From contig CAWHAE010000016.1 in NCBI GenBank assembly GCA_963827235.1, positions 1-64,000 on the forward strand: a stretch of 64,000 nucleotides of DNA. The letters run 5' to 3'. A model generated the notes under the pieces. It did not search any database, was not told the DNA's origin, and saw only the letters and a list, made by a program, of their open reading frames with translations. The DNA is from an uncultured bacterium. GTDB lineage: Bacteria; Chloroflexota; UBA5177; JANWHV01. Positions 19,053-29,517 of the stretch are shown here, piece after piece. Numbering within the stretch: position 1 is the first letter of the stretch; every line of letters begins with the position of its first letter. Position numbers and translations under genes: made by a program.

Positions 19053-20093
19053 GTGTACGATGCACCTAAGTTCGTCGCCCGGCTTCAGAGCCTGCGCGGC
19101 GAGGCCGAGGCGGCGCTGGGGGACCTGCAGGACTCGGCGGCGCTGGAGCTGTGGCGAATCAAGTATCTCGGCACGAGCGGGGAGCTGACCGCGCTCTTCA
19201 AAGGCCTGGGCGCTCTGCCGAAGGAGGATAGACCTCGGGCAGGACAGGCCGTCAATGAGGCCAAGAATGCGCTCGAGGCCGCTCATGCCGGAGCGCGGGA
19301 ACGCCTGCTGCGGGCGGCCTTGGAGCACAGCCTGGCGCATGAAGCCGTGGACATCAGTCTTCCCGGCAGAAGACCCGCACTGGGATTGCAACACCCCGTA
19401 CGCAACACCTTGCGCGACCTGATCCGGATCTTTGCCTCCATGGGATTCTCGGTTGCCGAGGGGCCGGAGGTGGAGCTGGACAGGTACAACTTCGAGCTGC
19501 TCAACATCCCGGCGGACCACCCGGCGCGGGACACCATGGACACCTTCTATGTCGACGTGCCGGGCGGCATCGTGCTGCGCACGCATACCTCGCCCGTGCA
19601 GGCTCGAGTGATGCTCAGCCAGCGCCCGCCCGTCCGCATCATCGCGCCCGGGCGCTGCTTCCGGCGCGACCAGGAAGATGCCTCACACCTGAGCTACTTC
19701 TGGCAATGCGAGGGCCTGGCGGTGGACCGCCACGTGACGTTCAGCGATCTCAAAGGAGTGCTCGCCAGCTTCGCCAAGCAGATACTGGGCTGCAACGTGC
19801 GATTCCGCCCGCACCACTTCCAGTTCACGGAGCCGAGCGCCGAGTTCGACTTTTCCTGCTTGGTGTGCGGCGGCGTGGGCTGCCGCACCTGCAAGTACGA
19901 AGGCTGGCTGGAGATCAGCGGCGCCGGCATGGTTCACCCGAAGGTTCTGCGAGACATGGATTACGATCCGCAGATCTACAGCGGATTTGCCTTCGGCATG
20001 GGCCCTGAGCGTATCACCATGATGCGCTACGGCATCAACGACATACGGCTCTTGAATGCAAACGATATGCGCTTCCTGCGCCAGTTTGCCTAG
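19053..20093 (+). CDS. pheS: Phenylalanine--tRNA ligase alpha subunit
   Basis: HPARD, LRTHTSPVQ, FQFTEPS, GFAFGMG. Confidence 0.97.
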   Translation: MYDAPKFVARLQSLRGEAEAALGDLQDSAALELWRIKYLGTSGELTALFKGLGALPKEDRPRAGQAVNEAKNALEAAHAGARERLLRAALEHSLAHEAVDISLPGRRPALGLQHPVRNTLRDLIRIFASMGFSVAEGPEVELDRYNFELLNIPADHPARDTMDTFYVDVPGGIVLRTHTSPVQARVMLSQRPPVRIIAPGRCFRRDQEDASHLSYFWQCEGLAVDRHVTFSDLKGVLASFAKQILGCNVRFRPHHFQFTEPSAEFDFSCLVCGGVGCRTCKYEGWLEISGAGMVHPKVLRDMDYDPQIYSGFAFGMGPERITMMRYGINDIRLLNANDMRFLRQFA

Positions 20094-20129
20094 CTCGAAG
20101 GGAGTTTGCGGCGGACGTCGCAATCCGGT

Positions 20130-22610
20130 ATGAAACTACCCCTCCATTGGCTCGGCTCGTACGTAGACGTCAGCCTGCCGCCGAAGCAGCTCGCGGAGAG
20201 ATTGACCATGAGCGGCACGCTGGTCGAGCGAATCGACAATACCGGCAGCCGTTTCGAAGACATTGTGGTGGCCAGGGTGCAGCGGCTGTCGCCGCATCCG
20301 AACGCCGATTCGCTGTCGCTTGCCACGCTCGACATCGGCGACAAAGTGCAGACGGTGGTCACCGGCGCGCCCAATCTGTTCGAGGGCGCGCTCGTACCCT
20401 TCATCGGAGTGGGCAAGACGCTGCCCGGGCAGGAGAAGCCGCTCGAAGGCAAGGTGCTGCGCGGCATCCGATCCGAGGGCATGGTTTGCTCGGCTCGCGA
20501 GCTGGGTCTTGGCGACGATCACAGCGGGATCTTGATCCTGGACGGCACGACTCTGCCGTTCGCGCCGGGCCGCCCGCCGGCGCCCGGTCAACCGCTCTCC
20601 GAGCTGTTCGGCGAATGGGTATTCGAGCTCGACATCACCCCTAATCGGCCGGACTGCCTGTCAATCTACGGCGTGGCGCGCGAGGTCGCGGCGGTGACCG
20701 GCGGCGCGCTGCAGCCGCTGCCGCAGCCGGACCTCACTACCGCGGCCGGCGCACCTGCGGTCACGCTCGCGATCGAGGATCCCGATCTCTGCAAGAGAAT
20801 CTCGGCGTGCGTGATCAGCGGCGTCACTGTGGCACCGTCGCCGCAATGGCTCGTCGACCGTTTGCGGTCGGCGGGAGTGCGGTCGATCAGCAACGTGGTG
20901 GACATCACCAACTTCGTCATGCTCGAGCTCGGGCAGCCGCTGCACGCCTACGACCTGGATACGCTTGCCGGACCGAGCTTGCGCGTCCGCCGAGCCCACC
21001 CAGGTGAACACATCGTTACGCTTGACGACGTCGACCGACCGCTCACCCGCGACATGCTGGTAATCGCCGACGACGCACGGAGCGTCGGCGTTGCAGGAGT
21101 CATGGGCGGACAGAACACGGAAGTGAGCGACTCCACGCGCAACATCCTCCTGGAGGCAGCCACGTTCGAGGCGCGCAACATTCGCAGGACGAGCGTCGCC
21201 CTAGGACTGCGCACCGAGGCGTCCACACGATTCGAGAAAGGCCTGCCGGCCGCTCTGGCCGGCAAGGCGGCCAGGCGAGCAGCCGCATTGATCGCCGAGC
21301 TGGGCGGTGGGCGCGTCGAGTCCGACGTGCTCTGGGTGGGAGAAGACGATCCGCCGGCGCAGGTTATCACTTTCCCGCTGGCGGAGGTGCGGCGGCTGCT
21401 GGGTGTGGACTGGCCCCCGACGCAGATCGTGGCCAACCTGCGGTCTCTCGGCTTCGGAACCGAAGACGCGGGCCCCGGTGTCGTGCGCGTCACGGTGCCC
21501 TGGTGGCGCGAGGACCTTGAGGAAGCCGCCGACGTGGTGGAAGAGGTGGCACGGGTGAGCGGCTTCGAGGCCATACCGGAGACCTTGCTCGAGGGCTCGG
21601 TGCCTCCGCGGCCGGAGTCTCCCGGTCTCCGCTACTACTGGCCGGCACGGGAAATCCTGCTTGGCTGCGGCCTCGACGAAGGGAGCAGCAGCGGGCTGAC
21701 AAGCATTCGATCCCTCGAGCTCCTGCGGCCCGCGGGCTCCGGCGAGTCCTGGTTGGCCGAGGTGCTGCCGAACTCGGGAGTGCTCACCCAGGAGCACAGC
21801 ACGTTCGCGCCGGTGCGGGTGGTCAATCCCCTGAGTCCCGAGCGAGAATACCTTCGACCCACGCTGCTCGCCGGACTGCTTGAAGCCCTGCGAGACAATC
21901 TCAGGCTCGGCGAGGAACGGGTCGCGTTCTTCGAGCTCGACGTCTGCTCGGTGATGAAAGAGGAGGGGCTGCCTATCGAGCGGCGCCTGCTGGCCGTCGC
22001 CTTGGCCGGTCTGCGTTCGAGCATGTCCTGGTCCAGCGGCCGCGAGAGCTTCGACGTGTTCGACGTCAAAGGAGTGATCGAGACGCTGCTCGAACGGCTC
22101 GGCGTGCGGCGTTGGTCGATAACGCCCCACGCTCACCCACTGCTGCATCCGGGAAGAGCGGCGCGTATCGAAGCCGGCGGCTCCGAGCTGGGTTTCGCCG
22201 GCGAGCTACACCCCACGATAGCTGAGAGATGGGATCTGCCGCCCAGGCGAGCCTACGTCGCCGAGCTCGACTTTGACGCGCTTGCCGCATGTGCTTCACC
22301 CGAGCGCACCTTCGTCGACTATCCGCGGCAGCCGGTGGCAAAGCGCGATCTCGCGGTGGTCGTGGACGCCGCTCGCTCGGCGGAGTCGGTGATCGAGGAG
22401 ATCCGCCGTTCGGGCAAGGGCCTGCTGGCCGGTGTCAGGCTCTTCGACGTCTACCAGGGCGACCCGCTGCCAGCCGGAAAGAAGAGCCTGGCCGTGGCAC
22501 TCGATTTCCAGGCCGCCGACCGCACGTTGAAGGACGACGAGCTGGAGAAGGCCATGGGACGCATTCGCCGTACCCTCGAACACCGCCTGGGGGCAGAGTT
22601 CAGGGCCTGA
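20130..22610 (+). CDS. pheT: Phenylalanine--tRNA ligase beta subunit
   Basis: HPNAD, TPNRPD, B3/4 and B5 domains, C-terminal FDX-ACB domain. Confidence 0.97.
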   Translation: MKLPLHWLGSYVDVSLPPKQLAERLTMSGTLVERIDNTGSRFEDIVVARVQRLSPHPNADSLSLATLDIGDKVQTVVTGAPNLFEGALVPFIGVGKTLPGQEKPLEGKVLRGIRSEGMVCSARELGLGDDHSGILILDGTTLPFAPGRPPAPGQPLSELFGEWVFELDITPNRPDCLSIYGVAREVAAVTGGALQPLPQPDLTTAAGAPAVTLAIEDPDLCKRISACVISGVTVAPSPQWLVDRLRSAGVRSISNVVDITNFVMLELGQPLHAYDLDTLAGPSLRVRRAHPGEHIVTLDDVDRPLTRDMLVIADDARSVGVAGVMGGQNTEVSDSTRNILLEAATFEARNIRRTSVALGLRTEASTRFEKGLPAALAGKAARRAAALIAELGGGRVESDVLWVGEDDPPAQVITFPLAEVRRLLGVDWPPTQIVANLRSLGFGTEDAGPGVVRVTVPWWREDLEEAADVVEEVARVSGFEAIPETLLEGSVPPRPESPGLRYYWPAREILLGCGLDEGSSSGLTSIRSLELLRPAGSGESWLAEVLPNSGVLTQEHSTFAPVRVVNPLSPEREYLRPTLLAGLLEALRDNLRLGEERVAFFELDVCSVMKEEGLPIERRLLAVALAGLRSSMSWSSGRESFDVFDVKGVIETLLERLGVRRWSITPHAHPLLHPGRAARIEAGGSELGFAGELHPTIAERWDLPPRRAYVAELDFDALAACASPERTFVDYPRQPVAKRDLAVVVDAARSAESVIEEIRRSGKGLLAGVRLFDVYQGDPLPAGKKSLAVALDFQAADRTLKDDELEKAMGRIRRTLEHRLGAEFRA

Positions 22611-22931
22611 GCTACTCACGACGCCGGGGCCCCTAGCCGGCCGTCCCGTTGTTGGGCGGCCGGCCGGCGGGCGGCTCGGGCGAAACATGTGGTTGAACCG
22701 TCGCACCCTATGGAGCGGGCGCCGGGAGCGCGCTGCAGCCCCGGTGGCTTGTGCTGTCGCCGGTCGGCCTGTAGCATAGGGGCAGGGAGCCCGGGGCAAT
22801 GGTGCTCCACTGTTTAGCTCCGATCAACAGTCGCCGGGCAATTGGAGGCAAATGACCAGTACTATGGCCAAGGATCGGGTGCTGCGGAGCCGGCTCTCTC
22901 CGGCGGTTGGGCTCAGAGGTGCGATCAACCT

Positions 22932-23324
22932 ATGACGATGCATTCTGAAGAGTCGCTTGCAGAAAGCAGCGTCCAGGTCGTGAGCGCGATCGAGACCGCT
23001 CGCAAGATGGTAGATGCCGCGTCCGACAAGAAGGCCCAAGACATCGTCCTGCTCGACGTGCGCAAGATTTCCAGCCTGGCCGACTACTTCGTAATTTGCT
23101 CGGCTGCCGTCGAACGGCAGATCCGTGCCATCGCCGAGGGAGTCGAGGAGGCGCTCGACGCGGTCGACGTACCGCCCTACAAGCGTGAAGGCACACCGGC
23201 GGATGGTTGGGTGCTGCTCGACTACGGAGACGTGATCCTGCACATTATGACCGCGGAGCAGCGGGCTTTTTACCGGCTCGAGCAGGTGTGGGAACAAGCA
23301 CAGATCGTCGTACGATTGCAGTAG
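22932..23324 (+). CDS. rsfS: Ribosome silencing factor
   Basis: DKKAQDI, DYFVICS, WVLLDYGDVILH, FYRLE..W. Confidence 0.95.
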   Translation: MTMHSEESLAESSVQVVSAIETARKMVDAASDKKAQDIVLLDVRKISSLADYFVICSAAVERQIRAIAEGVEEALDAVDVPPYKREGTPADGWVLLDYGDVILHIMTAEQRAFYRLEQVWEQAQIVVRLQ

Positions 23325-23349
23325 CGTTGCACGTGATTGGCTACGAATT

Positions 23350-23541
23350 GTGACCGAGCAAGCACCGTCAATACGAAAGCCGTTTCTCCTGGGCATGCTG
23401 CTGGGCATAGCGCTGGGGCTCGGCCTCGGTTCGACGCTGGCGGCCATATTCGGCGACGACGTGGCTGGTGTGACCGGCAAGGTGGTGAAGCGTCTCGCCG
23501 GTGAGCGCGAAGAACCGAACTTCGAGCTGCTCCTGCAGTAG
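23350..23541 (+). CDS. Small membrane protein
   Basis: One hydrophobic helix; directly follows rsfS. Confidence 0.6.
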   Translation: MTEQAPSIRKPFLLGMLLGIALGLGLGSTLAAIFGDDVAGVTGKVVKRLAGEREEPNFELLLQ

Positions 23542-23546
23542 CGGCG

Positions 23547-25952
23547 CTACACACCCAGGTTTGCGATCGTCACGCCCTCGCCGCCTTCTCGGGCTTCGGC
23601 GCCCTTGAACGAGCTGACCAGCGGGTTGGTGGCCAGTTCTTCCCGCACAACCTGTCGCAGAGCGCCCGTTCCTTTGCCGTGAATGATACGAACAAACGGC
23701 ATGTTGGACATGAAGGCGTCGTTCAGGTAGCGCTCCAGCTCAGGCACCACCTCGTCGGCTCGCCAGCCCCGCATATCGAACTCCAGCCCCGGCGCAGGGC
23801 TCTGGCTGCGCACGATGCGCGTTCCAGAGCTCCGCGAGTCGTCGGGCTCTGCCAGATCGCCGGCGTGGGCCACGAGCTTCACGTCTTTGAGCTTCGCCCG
23901 CATTTTGAAGGCGCCTATCTGAATCTCGATCTCGCTCCGTCCCGGCGGTATGGCGGTCACGATGCCTTCCTGGCCGGTGCGCAGCACCTGAATGTGGTCG
24001 CCCACGTCAATCGCTCGTGCCGGCTGCGTTTGCACGGACGAAGCCCGCTCGATCGCGGCAGGCTTCGGCGGCTCGGCGAGTAGCTTGGCCTGCTGGTCCG
24101 AGGCGCGGTCGACCCGCTCGCGCAGAGCGGAGAGCAAAGCCGGTTGCGCCGTTCCGTGCACGCGCATCTCCGCTTCGGCTCGATCGAGCTCGCGGCGCAG
24201 ATCGATCACGCTCGCTTCAGCCTCCGCGCGCGCGGAGCGCAGAATGTCATCTCTCTCGTGAAGCACCGCTTCGACCTCGCGCTCGAGCCGCGCCCGAAGC
24301 TCGGTGGCGCGGCGCTGCGCCTCGGATGCCGCGGCGTAGAGCTCGGCCGCAGCGGTGCGATCGCGTGCTATTTGGGCCAGCATCGCCTCGACTCGCGCTT
24401 CTTCCGAGCTGATGAACTGGCGCGAGCCCTCAATGATCTCTTTGGACAGCCCCAGCCTCGACGCGATAGCCAGCGCGTTGCTGCGTCCCGGGAGCCCAAT
24501 GCTCAGCCGAAAGGTCGGCGAAAGGGTCTCGACGTCGAACTCGACACTGGCGTTTTCCACGCCCTCGGTCGACGACGCGAAAGCCTTCAGCTCGCTGTAG
24601 TGAGTAGTAGCCATGACCAGTGCTGGCGTCGTGAGGAGGTGGGTGAGCAACGAGCGAGCCAACGCCGACCCCTCGGCAGGGTCCGTCCCGGCACCCAGCT
24701 CGTCCAGGAGCAGCAGGCTGCGCTCAGTCAGAGCAGCCAGAATACGGATGATGTTCGTCAGGTGACTGCTGAACGTGCTGAGGTTCTGGGCAATGCTCTG
24801 CTCGTCGCCGATGTCGGCGAAGACGCCGTCGAACACGGCAACTCGAGAGCCCGGCTCGGTTGGGATGGGCAAGCCCGACTGAGCCATCAGCGTGAGCAGT
24901 CCGACGGTCTTCAGCGCCACCGTCTTGCCGCCCGTATTCGGGCCGGTCACGATCAGCTGTCGAAACTCGTCCCCGAGTCGCACGCTGATTGGCACAACGT
25001 GGCCGGTGAGAAGCGGATGGCGAGCCTGCACGAGCTCGAGCTGCCCGTCACCCGCTACCGCGGGAATCGTGCCATGTACCGCGCCGCCGTATCGCGACTT
25101 GGCCAGCGTGACGTCGAGCTCGGCCAGAGAGTCCACGGTGGAGAGCATCGCCGGCGCATGGACGGCGATGCGATCGGCAATGAAGCGCAGGATGCGTTCG
25201 ATCTCCTCCTGCTCCTCGAGCTGCAGCTCTCGCCAGCGGTTATTCAGCTCGCTGGTCTGGAACGGCTCGACATAGAGCGTCGCCCCGCTGGCCGAGTGGT
25301 CGTGCACCGCGCCACGGATGACGCCGCGCATATCGGATCGCACGGGGATGACATATCTGCCGTTGCGCATGGTGATGATCGGTTCCTGGATCGCCGTGCG
25401 GTAGGTCTGCGAGTTGAGTATGCTCTGCAAGCGATCCATGAGGCGCTGGTAAGCAACACGCAGGTCGGCCCGCACCTTTGCCAGGCCCGGACTCGCCGAG
25501 TCCACGATCTCGCCCTGCTGATTCACCGTCTGCAGAATGAGCGCGGTTATCTCCCTGAACACGCCCATGCGACTACGGACCTGGACCAGCCAGGGATAGT
25601 CGTCCGCGGTGAGGCGGAGCAGAGCGCCGCGGATGCGCTCGGAGCACTCCAGGGTGCCCAAAATCAACAGGAGCTGCCCGGGATCGAGCAGACCGCCCAA
25701 TGCCGCGCGCGAAATCTCGGAACGGATGTCGCTCGCCCCGCCCAGCGAGACGTCGGCTCTTGAATCAAGCAAGCGCGTCGACTCGGCGACTCGAGCGTAG
25801 AGATCGCGCACGTCGTCGGGCTCGATCGCGGGCTGCAGCGCCAGAACCATCTCTTTGCTGAGCGAGAAGCTGGCATGTGCCGCTACCTTCTCGAGCACTC
25901 GATCGTATTCGAGCGTGCGTAATGTCTTTTCGGCGATCATCGTCCGGTTCAC
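23547..25952 (-). CDS. mutS2: Endonuclease MutS2
   Basis: TGPNTGGKT, DELGAGTDP, Smr domain IIHGKGTG. Confidence 0.96.
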   Translation of the reverse strand: MNRTMIAEKTLRTLEYDRVLEKVAAHASFSLSKEMVLALQPAIEPDDVRDLYARVAESTRLLDSRADVSLGGASDIRSEISRAALGGLLDPGQLLLILGTLECSERIRGALLRLTADDYPWLVQVRSRMGVFREITALILQTVNQQGEIVDSASPGLAKVRADLRVAYQRLMDRLQSILNSQTYRTAIQEPIITMRNGRYVIPVRSDMRGVIRGAVHDHSASGATLYVEPFQTSELNNRWRELQLEEQEEIERILRFIADRIAVHAPAMLSTVDSLAELDVTLAKSRYGGAVHGTIPAVAGDGQLELVQARHPLLTGHVVPISVRLGDEFRQLIVTGPNTGGKTVALKTVGLLTLMAQSGLPIPTEPGSRVAVFDGVFADIGDEQSIAQNLSTFSSHLTNIIRILAALTERSLLLLDELGAGTDPAEGSALARSLLTHLLTTPALVMATTHYSELKAFASSTEGVENASVEFDVETLSPTFRLSIGLPGRSNALAIASRLGLSKEIIEGSRQFISSEEARVEAMLAQIARDRTAAAELYAAASEAQRRATELRARLEREVEAVLHERDDILRSARAEAEASVIDLRRELDRAEAEMRVHGTAQPALLSALRERVDRASDQQAKLLAEPPKPAAIERASSVQTQPARAIDVGDHIQVLRTGQEGIVTAIPPGRSEIEIQIGAFKMRAKLKDVKLVAHAGDLAEPDDSRSSGTRIVRSQSPAPGLEFDMRGWRADEVVPELERYLNDAFMSNMPFVRIIHGKGTGALRQVVREELATNPLVSSFKGAEAREGGEGVTIANLGV

Positions 25953-26036
25953 TCATTCATGGAGGAAGTTGCGGGCCGCTGTCTAGGGTAGCACAGGCTA
26001 GGAGCGAGGAATGTATCGTCCGCTACACGCGGCGTT

Positions 26037-26815
26037 CTATCGCCACAGAGTCTCGAGCCAGTATGTCGTGAGCTCGCAGCTAATGGAGAAGCCAAGGCTG
26101 CGGTAGAGAGGGGACAGCTGGCGTTCGCACGACAGTACCGCGGTCGTCAAGCCGATCCGGCTGGCGTAACCGAGAGCATACAGCACGAGCCGGCGCGCAT
26201 AACCCTTACCGCGCGCAGCAGGGAGCACGCCGACGCTGTAGATGCCGGCGACCCCGGCGAACGGGCACAGGCATGCCGCAGCGACGCCAACCCCATACTC
26301 GCGTAGTATAAACGTATGCACTACTCGCGCCGGCGTGTAGAAGGCGAACACGTGGCTGGGCAGTCCGAAGACGATCCCCAGCACGTCGCGAGCCTCAGCC
26401 AGATCATCGCCTCCTTCGGCCAGCGTGATACGATCGTCGTCTCGCCGCTGGAATGCGGGCTGCGCCTCGAGCGTCATGCCGACTGACGGCCGCATCCCGC
26501 GCACAAAACCGCCTTCCTGCAGCGACGTGGCAAGCGGGCCGTCCTCCACTCCCGGGGGAGCTCAACCATGACGGACACCGGCTCGGCAGCCCACTCGTCA
26601 AGCAGCGAGCGAGTCCAGGCACGTTCGTCCCCTGGCTGCACGCGAGGATCCAGCACCATGTGCGGCACACGATGGGCGAACAAGGACTTGACAAGCAGCA
26701 TGTCTCGGCGGTCCTGCACCTCGAAGCTGGCGTTGCCGTCCGCGCAGCTTCCCACCGAGCGCCACATCTCGCACAGATTGCGGTATACGGCTTTGCCGGA
26801 ATCGATGTCAGTCAT
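26037..26815 (-). CDS. GNAT acetyltransferase with one frameshift near the G-run at about 26554
   Basis: VGVLPAARGKGYA and LYRSLGF motifs; N-terminal half lies in another frame. Confidence 0.7.
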
Positions 26816-27077
26816 ACGACCGCCGGAGTCGGCACCGCCCGGCCAACCGGGGACCGGACGGACGGAACAATGCCGGGCCTGCCGGCAAACCGTTACGGCC
26901 GCGACCGCAAGCACCGTCGCGTCCAGCTGAGCGCGCCGTTCGTTGGCACAGATCATTCAGCAAAGCAGGGAACCTCTCGGAAACGCATCCCGCTCAAGAA
27001 TACTACGACAAGGGTCAGCGCGCGCCGGTATGCGCGCTCCGTCGACCCGTTCATCCGAGTCTCGGCCCGGGCTGCGC

Positions 27078-27377
27078 TTAGCCGCTGCCATCTCGACGAG
27101 ATCTGAGGATCTTCACCCCGATCATTATGACAAGTAGCAGGATGCCCGGTATGAGAAACGGCCGGTCGGCCCGATGCAGGACGACGTTCGTAGCGAGTAA
27201 GGCCACGCCACCACCCAACGACTCCTGGCTCAGGAGATAGAGAGGATCCCCCAGTGGGTCCCGCTGGCCGGAACGAAGCTCCACTCCTTCCGGCAGACCG
27301 CGTGCAAAGGTGATCACGCCCGCGACCATCACCAGTACGCCGAGCAAGAGTCCGAGCGAGCCGATGAACATCGTCAT
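27078..27377 (-). CDS. Small membrane protein
   Basis: Three hydrophobic segments; directly follows tyrS. Confidence 0.55.
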   Translation of the reverse strand: MTMFIGSLGLLLGVLVMVAGVITFARGLPEGVELRSGQRDPLGDPLYLLSQESLGGGVALLATNVVLHRADRPFLIPGILLLVIMIGVKILRSRRDGSG

Positions 27378-27395
27378 GCGCGCACCACATTCGGG

Positions 27396-29498
27396 TTATT
27401 CCGGTAGCTGAAGCTGACGGTAATGCCGTCCCAGTTTGAGCACCATTCCGTGCCGCACGTCGAGCGATGCCTGCGGATCGCCGATCCGCACATCGTCGAC
27501 ATAGATCGCGCCCTCGGCGGCTTTGCGCCGAGCCTCGCCCTTTGACTTCGCCAAACCCGCCGCCACCACGATGTCTGCCAGAGGCCACGAGCCGCCACGG
27601 TCGAGGAGCACCACGGGCACCTCCGCGGGTCGCTCTCGGCGCTGCACCTCACGCTCGAACGCGGCCTGGGCCTCGGCGGTAGCCGACGCGGAGTGGTAGA
27701 GGCGCGTAATGTCATGTGCCAAGCGCTTCTTGGCGATCATGGGATTCTGACCGGATTCGAGGGCATCCGCGATCTCGTCCAGCTCCTCCAGAGGGAGTTC
27801 CGTGCACAGCTCGTAACAGGGCAGGATCTGCTCGTCGGGGAAGGACATTACCTTACCGTACATATCCTTCGCCGTGTCGTCCAGGGCAATGGAGTTCCCA
27901 AACGACTTGCTCATCTTACGGCCATCCGTGCCCAGCAGCAGCGAGCAGGTGAGCACGGCTTGCGGCGGCTGACCGAAGGCGCGTTGCAAGGTGCGGCCGG
28001 CGATGAGATTGAAGAGCTGTTCGGTGCCGCCGACCTCGACGTCGGCCTTGAGAGCGACCGAATCGTAGCCCTGCATGAGCGGGTAAAGCAGCTCTTGCAA
28101 GCCGATCGCTTGCCCAATCTCGAAGCGCTTGGCGAAGTTCTCTCGCTCCAGCATCTGCGCCAGGGTGAAGTTTGCGGCCAGACCGACCACATCCTTGAAG
28201 CGAAGCTGGCCCAACCAGTCGGTGTTGTAGCTCCACTCGACCTGTGACTCGTCGAGGATGCGCGAGATCTGCTTGCGATACGTGGTCAGGTTCTGGTAGA
28301 CCTCTTCCTCGGAGAGCATCTGGCGCATGGACGTCTTGTCCGACGCATCTCCGATCTGCGCCGTGAAATCACCGATCAGCAGGCACACGGTATGACCCAG
28401 GGCCTGGAAGGCCCGCAGCTTACGCAGAACGACCGCGTGGCCCAGATGTACGTAGGGGCTCGTCGGATCTATGCCGAATTTGACACGCAGCCGATCGCCA
28501 CGCCGCAGCCTGGCCTCTAGCTCCTCACGAATCACCACTTGCTCGGTCGCGCGATTGAGCAGGCTCGAAATGGCATCCAGCTTGCCCCACCGCAGCGGGC
28601 GCACGCGAGCCTGAGTGCTGCCGGCAGCTATTCCGGCGGGCACGGCAGCGGACACCATCGGGGTTTCGCGGGACGCCACGCCGGCCATGCGAAAACCTCC
28701 CTCTACCGGGACCGGCCGGTCCGTATGCGCGGCCGAGGCGGCGGATACCGCGCCCGCATCGCCCACGTCGTCGATTGTGGCGGCGGCATGGTCCCGGTCG
28801 AGGAAGTACGTCCGCACGCGAGCGCCGAGCAGAGACTGCAGCTCGTCTGCGAGCTGGGCCTGCGCGGCGCGCACCTCGGCGTCATTCATGCCTGTCCAGC
28901 CGTCGATGGGAAAGAGCACCGTGCGCGTGCGGGCGGTGACCTTCGAATGCTCGCTTTCGCGCCAGACCCAGCGGCGCGTACGGACCTCGAGGTCGTCGGC
29001 ATAGACGATCTCGTCCCGGTCGACGGTCTCGGCCTGGTCACTGCCCATGGGTACGAATCGAGCCCCCTCGCGGGCCGGCCCCACGACGATGTCGCCATGC
29101 AGGTGATCGATGTCGTGCGCGCCCAGCGGTAGAGAGTACTTCAATGAGATCGCGTTGGCAAGGTCGACCGCCGGATTGAGTTCGGGGAGCTGCGATCCCT
29201 TGAGCACGCGAAGGGTCAGCGCCTCGACGGAGATCTTGAAGCGATTAGCGCTCATGCCCAGCCTGCCGAACATCTCGTGCCAGACGGCAAAGGCCGGGTA
29301 TTCCTGGACGCCGGTGCCGGCGAAGCGATCGCGCGTCTGCGCCTCGGCTTGCCGCAGAAGATCGGTGATAGCCGGGTTTGGGCGGCTATTGTCAAGACCG
29401 CTCGCCACGACCAGACCAATACAGGCGTCCGGAAAGCGTTCGAGAAGCCTTGCATCAATTCGAAAGCGCATTTTACCCCTTGCGTCTGGCACTGTCAC
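27396..29498 (-). CDS. tyrS: Tyrosine--tRNA ligase with an N-terminal B3/4 domain
   Basis: GIDPT..HLGH, YPLMQGYD, KMSKS and S4 domain; first ~240 aa are B3/4-like (SVEAL..R, N..VDLANAISL...P.GAHD, RRWVWRE). Confidence 0.93.
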   Translation of the reverse strand: MTVPDARGKMRFRIDARLLERFPDACIGLVVASGLDNSRPNPAITDLLRQAEAQTRDRFAGTGVQEYPAFAVWHEMFGRLGMSANRFKISVEALTLRVLKGSQLPELNPAVDLANAISLKYSLPLGAHDIDHLHGDIVVGPAREGARFVPMGSDQAETVDRDEIVYADDLEVRTRRWVWRESEHSKVTARTRTVLFPIDGWTGMNDAEVRAAQAQLADELQSLLGARVRTYFLDRDHAAATIDDVGDAGAVSAASAAHTDRPVPVEGGFRMAGVASRETPMVSAAVPAGIAAGSTQARVRPLRWGKLDAISSLLNRATEQVVIREELEARLRRGDRLRVKFGIDPTSPYVHLGHAVVLRKLRAFQALGHTVCLLIGDFTAQIGDASDKTSMRQMLSEEEVYQNLTTYRKQISRILDESQVEWSYNTDWLGQLRFKDVVGLAANFTLAQMLERENFAKRFEIGQAIGLQELLYPLMQGYDSVALKADVEVGGTEQLFNLIAGRTLQRAFGQPPQAVLTCSLLLGTDGRKMSKSFGNSIALDDTAKDMYGKVMSFPDEQILPCYELCTELPLEELDEIADALESGQNPMIAKKRLAHDITRLYHSASATAEAQAAFEREVQRRERPAEVPVVLLDRGGSWPLADIVVAAGLAKSKGEARRKAAEGAIYVDDVRIGDPQASLDVRHGMVLKLGRHYRQLQLPE

Positions 29499-29517
29499 TC
29501 AAAGATTCTAGCACGGC

